Assembly (NCBI GenBank): GCA_030693145.1
Contig: JAUYBI010000015.1
Span: 8,619-72,618 of the forward strand
Direction of reading: 5' to 3'
Length of the DNA: 64,000 nucleotides
Source: Candidatus Omnitrophota bacterium
GTDB lineage: Bacteria > Omnitrophota > Gorgyraeia > Gygaellales > Profunditerraquicolaceae
Part shown: positions 27,992 to 35,756 of the stretch, one piece after another
How positions within the stretch are numbered: position 1 is the first letter of the stretch
Layout: the number at the start of each line of letters is the position of its first letter
Position numbers and translations under genes: made by a program
Notes under the pieces: generated by a model
What the model saw: the letters and a program-made list of their open reading frames with translations, nothing else
The model's database searches: none
What the model was told of the DNA's origin: nothing

Positions 27992-28741
27992 ATGCAGATG
28001 CAGAAGGATGTTCATTTAACCGGAAGAGATTTAACGGAGATGGTGCAGCTTCGGAGGCAGGATGTGGGTAAATACGCGATTGTGCCCGGGCCGCGCGACC
28101 GGCTGGATGTATTAATGAAGAAAATAGAAAATCCTGTACGTAATTTTTCATTTATGGAATATACCATGTATACCGGTACGTATGAAGGGATCAAGGTTAC
28201 CGGAATTAACGGCGGAAGATTTTCCACGGATACTTCGATTACTACGGAGGTAATGTGTAATGCCGGAATACAAAATATTATCCGCATCGGCACAGCCGGC
28301 TCGCTTGATGAAGATATTAAGGTCGGCGATTTATTTGTGGTAGATGAGGTTATCCGCGGAGATGGGGTAACTCCTTATTATGTAGATAAGGATTTTAAAA
28401 CAGTCAGCGATAAAAAAATCTCCGACCTTCTTTTTGAGATTGCCAAAGGTATGGGGTTAAATGTGCATCGCGGCAAGGCCTGGACCACGGATGCGCTTTT
28501 GCGCGAAACCCGCGAAATTGTCGAAGCCAAGCGTAAAGAAGGAGCAAGGGCAGTGGATATGGTATCTTCAACCCTATTAACTATTTGTCAGACATATAAT
28601 ATTAAGGCGGGATCGATATTAGCCGTAAGTGACAACGTGATTACCGGCGAGATGGGTTTTATGAACCCACTTTATTATCTGGCAGAAAGTAACTTAATCA
28701 AAATCGCGTTGGAGTTAGTGAAGAAATTGGAAGGAAAATAG
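27992..28741 (+). CDS. PNP/UDP-family nucleoside phosphorylase (uridine-phosphorylase-like; possible 5'-deoxyadenosine/MTA phosphorylase)
   Basis: 249 aa. DVHLTGRDL...YAIVPGPRDRLD aligns with the uridine phosphorylase N-terminus (DVFHLGLTK..LAIVPGDPDRV). Also RIGTAGSL. Confidence 0.7.
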   Translation: MQMQKDVHLTGRDLTEMVQLRRQDVGKYAIVPGPRDRLDVLMKKIENPVRNFSFMEYTMYTGTYEGIKVTGINGGRFSTDTSITTEVMCNAGIQNIIRIGTAGSLDEDIKVGDLFVVDEVIRGDGVTPYYVDKDFKTVSDKKISDLLFEIAKGMGLNVHRGKAWTTDALLRETREIVEAKRKEGARAVDMVSSTLLTICQTYNIKAGSILAVSDNVITGEMGFMNPLYYLAESNLIKIALELVKKLEGK

Positions 28742-28744
28742 AAT

Positions 28745-28818
28745 TTTTGCGGGTGGCTTGGGTGTTTTCGTAGCGCGTCAGCGCAAGAAAATACCCAAGA
28801 CAGGACCCGCAAAAAAAG
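28745..28818. repeat. GC-rich palindromic element, family D (TTTTTGCGGGTGGCTTGGGTGTTTTCG-TAGCGCGTCAGCGC-AAGAAAATACCCAAGACAGGACCCGCAAAAA), right boundary of the islet
   Basis: Imperfect 27-bp arms read directly. Lies between the phosphorylase and the MtnA-like gene. Confidence 0.7.
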
Positions 28819-28825
28819 GACGGAC

Positions 28826-29740
28826 ATGAAATTCTCTCCATTATTTTGGCCGATACAATTAAAAGGTAACGTTATTTATATTTTGGATGAGACCCAACTT
28901 CCTCAAAAGCTCGTCTACATAAAGGCGAAGAACTATCTTCAGGCCTGCGCGGCAATTAAACAGATGAAAACCCGCGCCGTGGGGCAGGTGCTCTTGGTAA
29001 TGTATACTTTTCTTTTAAGCAAGCGGCAGAACAAAAATTTAGCCAAAGTTGCCGCAGCGATTAATGCCACGCGGCCGACCTTGTCTTTTAAATTTTTAAC
29101 GGAGATGGTTTTAGGCTGGGAAAAAAGCGGGATGCCATTTGAGAAAAGTATTTTGGGTTTCCTGGAGATGCTTAAAGCCAAGCGTATCGAGCAGGCCGGA
29201 GAGATGGCTAAATTGCTTAAAGACGGCGAAGTGGTCCTTACGCACTGTAATATCAGCGGCCTGATGCCTTTAATTGCCCAGTTTGCTTTAGAGCAGGGCA
29301 AAAAAATAAGTTTCTATGTTACGGAGACGCGGCCATATTTGCAAGGGTCGCGCCTTACTGCCTGGGAAATTATGCGCGCGGGTTTTGAGGTAACCATCAT
29401 TACCGATAATATGGTGGCGTATTTATTATCTTTAGGTAAAGTAACTAAAGTTATCGTCGGAGCAGACCACTTAACCTTAAACGGGGACATCGCCAATAAA
29501 ATCGGCACTTATCAGATGGCGATAGTTGCCAGGTATTTTAAGATCCCTTTTTATGTAATTTGTCCGCCGGCATCGAAATTAAAAAGCGGAAAAGAAATTA
29601 AAATTGAAATCCGTCCGGGCAATGAATTAAAGATTTATCAAGGGCTGCATTTAGCGCCCAAAGAGGTTAAAGCGTATTATCCGGCTTTTGATGTTACGCC
29701 GAATAAGCTTATTACTAAACACATTTATTTAGGGGTGTAA
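28826..29740 (+). CDS. eIF-2B-family sugar-phosphate isomerase (MtnA-like methylthioribose-1-P / 5-deoxyribose-1-P isomerase)
   Basis: 304 aa. N-terminal ILDETQLPQK. C-terminal VGADHLTLNGDIANKIGTYQMAIVARYFKIPFYVICP matches the MtnA/eIF2B C-terminal signature. Confidence 0.7.
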   Translation: MKFSPLFWPIQLKGNVIYILDETQLPQKLVYIKAKNYLQACAAIKQMKTRAVGQVLLVMYTFLLSKRQNKNLAKVAAAINATRPTLSFKFLTEMVLGWEKSGMPFEKSILGFLEMLKAKRIEQAGEMAKLLKDGEVVLTHCNISGLMPLIAQFALEQGKKISFYVTETRPYLQGSRLTAWEIMRAGFEVTIITDNMVAYLLSLGKVTKVIVGADHLTLNGDIANKIGTYQMAIVARYFKIPFYVICPPASKLKSGKEIKIEIRPGNELKIYQGLHLAPKEVKAYYPAFDVTPNKLITKHIYLGV

Positions 29741-29755
29741 AATAGAGGTGTAGAT

Positions 29756-30751
29756 ATGTCTGAACATGAATTAAGGCTGGAGATAATTAAGGTTGGTAAG
29801 CGGCTTTATACTGCCGGCCTGGCCGTAGCTAAATCCGGAAATTTAAGCGCGCGCCTGGATAACGAGAATATTCTCATTACTGCCACCGGGGCAGCTTTAG
29901 GCCAGTTAAAAGAAAGCGACATCGTTAAGGTTAATTTAGCCAGCGGTAAATCCGAGGCAGGGCCAAACCCCAGCTCTGAGCTGCCTTTGCACAGTTTAGT
30001 CTATAAAAATTTTACGGCTCAGGCGGTAATTCATTGCCACCCTCCTTTAATTAACGGATATTTCGCGGTTACCAAGACACTCAAAGCGATGAGTTTTGAA
30101 ACTAAATTTTATCTCGGGGATATTCCGGTAATTCCCCAGGAAACGCCGACGGTGACGGCTCCGGCGCCGGTGATTGCCGCTTTAAAAACAAATAATCTGG
30201 TTATTCTCAAGAATCACGGGACAGTGGCGATTGCCGATAAGTTCCAAGAAGCGCTTAATATTACTGAAGCATTAGAGGAGGCAGTTAAAAGTGCTGCCAT
30301 TGCCCGCCTGTTTGATAAAAACATCCTGGATGATTTAGACCTGGCTTTAAAAGAGGATTTAAAGCGTAATGATCCGGCCTATACCATGTTTAGCCGTCAG
30401 CATATTCAGGCAATCGTGGATTTAGTTAATCAGGATGAATTTATCGCTCAAAAAGGGAAAGAGTTAGATTTAACTGTAAAATTAGCGATTAAACTTGACG
30501 ATAGCGGAGAGGTTTTTAAATTTAATTTTGAAAAAGGGAAAATCATAAAATTAGATACGGATAGCGATGCCCCTTTTGTCATTTCTGCGCCGGCGTCAGT
30601 CTGGGAGCAGGTATTTTTAGGTAAGTTGGATTCGTTTGTAGCGGTTACCCAGGGCAAGATGAAATTAAGCGGCCAATTAGGCCAGCTTTCTAAATGGTAT
30701 GTTCCATTTAACCGGCTTTTCGCTTTATTTAAAGAGGTGAAGGTCAAATGA
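29756..30751 (+). CDS. Class II aldolase/adducin-family protein with a C-terminal SCP2-like extension
   Basis: N-terminal 200 aa: SGNLSAR, AVIHCHPP (His ligands) and NHGTVAIA. C-terminal 120 aa: MKLSGQLGQL, resembling the SCP2 sterol-carrier fold. Confidence 0.7.
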   Translation: MSEHELRLEIIKVGKRLYTAGLAVAKSGNLSARLDNENILITATGAALGQLKESDIVKVNLASGKSEAGPNPSSELPLHSLVYKNFTAQAVIHCHPPLINGYFAVTKTLKAMSFETKFYLGDIPVIPQETPTVTAPAPVIAALKTNNLVILKNHGTVAIADKFQEALNITEALEEAVKSAAIARLFDKNILDDLDLALKEDLKRNDPAYTMFSRQHIQAIVDLVNQDEFIAQKGKELDLTVKLAIKLDDSGEVFKFNFEKGKIIKLDTDSDAPFVISAPASVWEQVFLGKLDSFVAVTQGKMKLSGQLGQLSKWYVPFNRLFALFKEVKVK

Positions 30752-32235
30752 ATTTAAAATGCCCGCTTTATATAAACGGCCAATTTATCGAAACCCCGGA
30801 AAAACAGAATATTGTTAATCCTTCCACCGGCAAAGTAATTGCCGAGGCTTCACTGGCTTCGATAAAAGAGGCAGAGTTGGCTTTATCCGCTGCCCGGGAG
30901 GCTTTTGACTATGGGCCGTGGACGCAATTTTCTTTGTTTGAACGCAAGGAATTTATCTCTAAGCTTGCCCAGGGTATTTTGGATAATGCCGGGATGCTCG
31001 CGGCGCTAGAAACGCAGAATACCGGTAAGCCTATTAAAGAGACTACTTTTATGGATATTCCTTCCAGCGCCAAAACATTTGAATTTATGGCGAATAATTT
31101 TATTGATTATTTGGATAATGAGAAGATTAACGTATCCGCGGACACAAAAGCAGAGTTAATCCGCGAGCCGATGGGGGTGGTAGTTTTAATTATTCCCTGG
31201 AATTATCCGCTTTTAATTGCCTGTTGGAAATTGGCTTCCGCCCTGGCTGCAGGCAATACGGTTATTCTGAAACCTTCCAGCCTTACTCCGCTTACTGCTT
31301 TGGAGCTGGCAAAAATTATCCAGCAGGCCGGTTTTCCTGCTGGAGTGGTGAATATAATTAATGGCAGCGGCGCAAAAATAGGCGAGACACTTTGCGCGGA
31401 TAAGCGCGTAGACATGATTTCTTTTACCGGAAGTAATGAAACAGGCAAACAGATTCTGCAATATTCTTCGAAAAATGTGAAGAAGACGATTATGGAGTTG
31501 GGTGGTAAATCTGCCAGCCTGATATTTAATGATGTGGATTTAGAGGTTGCGGTAAATAGCTCTTTGGCCTCTATTTTTCTAAATCAGGGCCAGATGTGCA
31601 CAGCGATGTCCAGGATTTTCGTACAAGAGGAGATTTACGATAATTTTCTGGCCAGTTTTGCCGAAAAGGCTAAACGCATAAAATTAGGTTTAGCCGATAA
31701 TCCTGAAACCCAGATGGGCCCCTTGATTAGCGACGCGCAGCGTAAAAGAGTAATTGCCTATATTGATAAGGCTAGAGCTGAAGGAGGGCGGGTAGTCTGC
31801 GGCGGGAAAATACCGGAAAACGCGGAATTGATCAATGGCTATTTCTTTGAGCCCACAGTATTAGTGGATGTGAGCACGCATTCGCACATATTTAAAGAAG
31901 AGGTTTTTGGCCCGGTAGTTTTGATGCATAAGTTTTCCGGATCGGATGAGGCGGCAAGTTTAGCCAACAGCGTGGATTTTGGTTTGGCCTGTTGCATCTG
32001 GAGTAAGGATCTACTTCTAGCGCAGGAGTTAGCCGGTAAGATAAATGCCGGCACGGTTTGGATTAATACTTATGGCATGTTTTACAATGAGCTTGCTTAT
32101 GGCGGATTCAAGCAGAGCGGTTTTGGCAAGGAGTTAGGGCGTGAAGGGTTTCTGGAGTATGTCCGTTTTAAGAATGTAATTGTAGATCAGTCGCCCGAAG
32201 GCAAACCGCTGGTTAATTACTGGTATGGATTTTAA
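30748..32235 (+). CDS. NAD(P)-dependent aldehyde dehydrogenase
   Basis: 495 aa. ELGGKSASLIF and the catalytic-Cys motif GQMCTAMSRIFVQE. Start overlaps the upstream stop (ATGA). Confidence 0.85.
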   Translation: MNLKCPLYINGQFIETPEKQNIVNPSTGKVIAEASLASIKEAELALSAAREAFDYGPWTQFSLFERKEFISKLAQGILDNAGMLAALETQNTGKPIKETTFMDIPSSAKTFEFMANNFIDYLDNEKINVSADTKAELIREPMGVVVLIIPWNYPLLIACWKLASALAAGNTVILKPSSLTPLTALELAKIIQQAGFPAGVVNIINGSGAKIGETLCADKRVDMISFTGSNETGKQILQYSSKNVKKTIMELGGKSASLIFNDVDLEVAVNSSLASIFLNQGQMCTAMSRIFVQEEIYDNFLASFAEKAKRIKLGLADNPETQMGPLISDAQRKRVIAYIDKARAEGGRVVCGGKIPENAELINGYFFEPTVLVDVSTHSHIFKEEVFGPVVLMHKFSGSDEAASLANSVDFGLACCIWSKDLLLAQELAGKINAGTVWINTYGMFYNELAYGGFKQSGFGKELGREGFLEYVRFKNVIVDQSPEGKPLVNYWYGF

Positions 32236-33758
32236 TGAATGTCGTTAATGTTTTAGAAGAGTGCGCTAAAATCTACGCGCATAAATCGGCGATTATCTTT
32301 CGCCAGGAGCAGCTTTCCTTTGTCCAGTTAAGAGATAAAGTCTTTGCTCTTGGCCAGGCCCTGCTTAAGCTGGGGGTAAAGCCCGGAGACAGGGTTGCAA
32401 TTTATCTTCCCAACTGGCCGGAATATGTTTTAAGTTATTTGGCTATTTGGTCCATCGGCGCATGCAGTGTGCCTTTGGATTTTATGCTTACGGAAGATGA
32501 AATACTTTCCTGCCTGGACCACTCCGAGGCCAAAATCCTGATCACTAAACACAAGGCTAATATTTCATTTGCGCAGCTTAAGGCAAAATTACCTTCATTG
32601 AAGAATATTATATCCTGCCAATCAGAAGATCAGGAAAGTTTAAGTTTTGAAAAACTTCTGGCAGAGGGGAGGAGTTGTTCTCCCGAGGTAAAGATTGATG
32701 AAAGGGATTGCGCCATAATTTTTTATACCTCCGGTACTACCGGTAAGCCCAAGGGCGTTTTAATCAGCTATGTTCAGCTGGATGCGCCGCCAAAATCCAT
32801 GGCTTTTTTTGTGAATTCGGATTTAAGTGCAAAAGATACCGCGCTCTGTGCTTTGCCATTTTCGCATTTAGGGGGATTGATTTATATCCAGAATACGATT
32901 ACCTTCGGGCTGACCCTGGTGTTGATGGAGCGTTTTATGCCGCTGGATTTTTTAAGGAACATCCAGAATTATAAAGTTAATTTTTTCTGGATTGTCCCTT
33001 CGATGTATTACGCGCTTTTGCAATTGAAAGAGTTTGAAACCTTTGATTTATCCAGTTTGCGCTGGATTGTGACTTTTGGCGCGTCGAATTCACCGGAGGC
33101 TTTGCGCCGGTTCCAGCAATTCTGCCCGCAGGCCTGCTTGTTAAATGGCTGGGGCTTAACTGAGACCAATGCTCCGACGGTAGTTTTACCGATGGGTTCA
33201 AAGAATATCGAAAGCGTGGGCCGTCCGGCGCCCTGGATTGTGGTTAAGATATTTTCAGATAGCGGCCAAGAGCTGCCTGTTGGCCAGATAGGTGAGGTAG
33301 TAGTAAAAAGCTGGGTAGTAACCCAGGGATATTTTAAGGATACAAAGTTAACACAGGAAACTATTCGCAATGGTTGGTTTCACACCGGAGACCTGGGTAG
33401 GTTTGACGCAGAAGGCTTTCTTTATATCGTGGGCAGAAAAAAAGAGATGATTAAAGTTAGCGGAGAGATTGTTTTTGAGCCGGAGGTAGAGGCGAGTTTG
33501 CAAAAACATCCGGATGTTGCTGAGGCAGCCGTAATCGGGATAGCGGATAAATTAAGAGGAGAGGTACCCAAAGCCTTTGTGGTAGTCAAAGAAGGAAAAA
33601 GTATTTCCACGGAAGAGTTGCGTTATTTCCTGCGCCAGCATCTGGCGCATTTTAAGATTCCGCATTATTTTGAATTTTGCGACTCACTTCCTAAGAACCG
33701 TGTTGGTAAAATTGATAAGGAGCAGTTGAGTAAGTTAGATTATAATAAATCCTGCTGA
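32235..33758 (+). CDS. AMP-dependent synthetase/ligase (acyl-CoA synthetase family)
   Basis: 507 aa. IFYTSGTTGKPKGV AMP-binding motif and a C-terminal GEIVFEPEVE...PKNRVGKIDK. Confidence 0.8.
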   Translation: MNVVNVLEECAKIYAHKSAIIFRQEQLSFVQLRDKVFALGQALLKLGVKPGDRVAIYLPNWPEYVLSYLAIWSIGACSVPLDFMLTEDEILSCLDHSEAKILITKHKANISFAQLKAKLPSLKNIISCQSEDQESLSFEKLLAEGRSCSPEVKIDERDCAIIFYTSGTTGKPKGVLISYVQLDAPPKSMAFFVNSDLSAKDTALCALPFSHLGGLIYIQNTITFGLTLVLMERFMPLDFLRNIQNYKVNFFWIVPSMYYALLQLKEFETFDLSSLRWIVTFGASNSPEALRRFQQFCPQACLLNGWGLTETNAPTVVLPMGSKNIESVGRPAPWIVVKIFSDSGQELPVGQIGEVVVKSWVVTQGYFKDTKLTQETIRNGWFHTGDLGRFDAEGFLYIVGRKKEMIKVSGEIVFEPEVEASLQKHPDVAEAAVIGIADKLRGEVPKAFVVVKEGKSISTEELRYFLRQHLAHFKIPHYFEFCDSLPKNRVGKIDKEQLSKLDYNKSC

Positions 33759-33777
33759 CTTTTGTTAATTATTAATT

Positions 33778-33809
33778 ACAGTAGGGGAGGTTTAAACCTC
33801 CCCTACTGT
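33778..33809. repeat. PalA G-variant, extended palindrome ACAGTAGGGGAGGTTTAAACCTCCCCTACTGT
   Basis: Read directly. Lies between the CoA-ligase gene and rlmN. Confidence 0.85.
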
Positions 33810-33822
33810 TGAAAGGCAGGTT

Positions 33823-34875
33823 TTGAGTAAAGAACCGTCCCTGATTATTATGCAAGACATTAAGGAGTTAAGCTTAAAAGAGCTGGAAGATAAATTACTC
33901 TCCTGGGGGAGCCCTAAATATTATGCTCGGGGGATATACGATTGGATTTATCAGAAAGGCGCTTATGAGTTTAGCCAAATGAGCAATTTGCCCGCTCCTT
34001 TAAGGAAGGCCTTAACTGATGAATTCAATATTTTAAACTTAAGGTTGGCGGATTTACGGGAGTCTGGCGACGGAACAACTAAATTTCTTTTGGAGTTAAC
34101 GGATAAGAACCTGGTGGAAGCAGTAAATATTCCCGCGCTCAAGCGTGCCACCGGATGTATTTCATCGCAGGTGGGTTGTAAATTTGGCTGCAATTTTTGC
34201 GCCAGCGCTTTAGGAGGGTTTAAGCGCAATTTAACAACCAGTGAAATTTTAGAGGAGGTACTTTATTTAAAGAATAACCTAAAAGCAGGCCAGCTGACGC
34301 ATATCGTATTTATGGGCACCGGTGAGCCGTTGGATAATTATGAAAACGTGCTGGGCGCAATCCGCCGGATTAATTCGCCGCTGGCTTTTAATATCGGAGC
34401 CAGGCGGATTACTGTTTCTACCTGCGGGATTATTCCGGGAATAGAAAGGCTTGCTCTTGAGGATTTGCAGATAGAGTTTTCCATATCTTTGCATGCCGCT
34501 GATGATAAAACCCGCAGCCAGCTTATGCCGGTAAATAATAAGTATCCCTTGGCCGCACTGATTAAGTGTTGTCAGGAATATATTGCCAAAACTAACCGCC
34601 AGATTACTTTTGAGTATATTTTAATTAAGGGGGTTAATGCGGATTTAACGGCAGCGCAAAATTTAGTCAGGCTGCTTGAGGATTTAAGATTAGCTAAAGT
34701 TAATTTAATTCCGGCAAATTCCATACCGGAATCAAGGATCAATCCCGCGGATAGCGCGCAGGTGATTTCTTTTAAAGAATATTTACTTAAAGCCGGGCTG
34801 AATGTGACCTTAAGGCGCCCGCGCGGGCAAGATATCGATGCGGCCTGCGGACAACTGAGGTTAAGGCATGAATAG
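33823..34875 (+). CDS. rlmN: 23S rRNA/tRNA adenine C2 methyltransferase RlmN (radical SAM)
   Basis: 350 aa. GCKFGCNFCAS radical SAM cluster motif in an RlmN/Cfr-family context, and the conserved C-terminal Cys (IDAACGQL). Confidence 0.75.
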   Translation: MSKEPSLIIMQDIKELSLKELEDKLLSWGSPKYYARGIYDWIYQKGAYEFSQMSNLPAPLRKALTDEFNILNLRLADLRESGDGTTKFLLELTDKNLVEAVNIPALKRATGCISSQVGCKFGCNFCASALGGFKRNLTTSEILEEVLYLKNNLKAGQLTHIVFMGTGEPLDNYENVLGAIRRINSPLAFNIGARRITVSTCGIIPGIERLALEDLQIEFSISLHAADDKTRSQLMPVNNKYPLAALIKCCQEYIAKTNRQITFEYILIKGVNADLTAAQNLVRLLEDLRLAKVNLIPANSIPESRINPADSAQVISFKEYLLKAGLNVTLRRPRGQDIDAACGQLRLRHE

Positions 34876-34911
34876 GATTAATTCAGTTATTACTGAAAAA
34901 CCCATTTTTCC

Positions 34912-34993
34912 ATCTGCTGTCATTCTGAGGAACCCCGCCTTTGGCGGGGCGACGAAGAATCTCTTGAGATCCTTCGTCGCTTTGCTCCTCAGG
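34912..34993. repeat. Nested hairpin (GTCATTCTGAGGAA-CCCCGCCTTTGGCGGGG-CGACGAAGAATCTCTTGAGATCCTTCGTCG-..CTCCTCAGGATGAC) directly upstream of the GDSL lipoprotein start
   Basis: Inverted-repeat arms read directly. Shares GTCATTC/GGATGAC ends with the 7751 element. Confidence 0.65.
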
Positions 34994-35602
34994 ATGACGA
35001 AAAGGGGTTTTTTAGTAATTATTTTGAGTATTTTTTTATCTGGCTGCGTGAAACATGAGATTAGAAATCTTGATGCTCAAGGCGCAAGTATTATTTGTTT
35101 CGGGGACAGCATTACTTTTGGCTACGGAGCAAACCCGGGAGAAGATTATCCCACAGCTTTGAGGAAATTGGTTAATTTACCGGTTATTAATGCCGGCGTT
35201 GACGGAGATACCACCTTTGCCGCTTTAGAGCGCTTAGAAAATGATGTTTTAGCTAAAAAGCCGCGTCTGGTTATCGTGGAGTTTTGCGGGAATGATTTTC
35301 TTAAAAAAATTCCTAAGGAAAATACGGTTAAAAATTTAGCTCAAATTATTGAGCGCATTCAGGAAAAGGGCGCGATGGTGGCTTTGGTGGATATTAGCGC
35401 GGGGATGTTCTTTTGGGAGTATGGAGTAGCTTTTAAAAAGTTAGCTGCCGAGAAAAGGGCAATATTTATTCCTGTAATTTTAAATAGGATTATTACTAAC
35501 CCGGCGATGAAAAGCGATTTTTTCCATCCGAATGCCCGCGGTTATCAAATTATTGCCAAGCGCATCTACCGGGTAATCGCCGCTTATATCCAGGATAAAT
35601 AA
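34994..35602 (+). CDS. SGNH/GDSL hydrolase lipoprotein (arylesterase/lysophospholipase-like)
   Basis: The ATG at 34994 gives MTKRGFLVIILSIFLSGC with a lipobox. GDSL motif ICFGDSITFGYG. The upstream part of the track ORF (from 34868) translates a nested hairpin repeat. Confidence 0.7.
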   Translation: MTKRGFLVIILSIFLSGCVKHEIRNLDAQGASIICFGDSITFGYGANPGEDYPTALRKLVNLPVINAGVDGDTTFAALERLENDVLAKKPRLVIVEFCGNDFLKKIPKENTVKNLAQIIERIQEKGAMVALVDISAGMFFWEYGVAFKKLAAEKRAIFIPVILNRIITNPAMKSDFFHPNARGYQIIAKRIYRVIAAYIQDK

Positions 35603-35623
35603 TAGAGCCAGTTAAAAATTTAA

Positions 35624-35706
35624 TGCTGGAGGAGGGAGTTGAACCCTCACGGAGTTGCCCCCATCGGTTTTTGAGACCGACGTGTATGCCATTCCACCAC
35701 TCCAGC
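35624..35706 (-). tRNA. tRNA-Leu (anticodon CAA), type II with long variable arm
   Basis: Minus-strand read GCTGGAG-TG-GTG..CAC-G-TCGGT-CTCAAAA-ACCGA-(15-nt variable arm)-GAGGG-TTCAACT-CCCTC-CTCCAGC-A. The cloverleaf was folded by hand. Confidence 0.8.
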
Positions 35707-35756
35707 AAAGATTTTTAAGTTGACGCTAAGCATTTTATATTCTAAAATAGCAAAGG

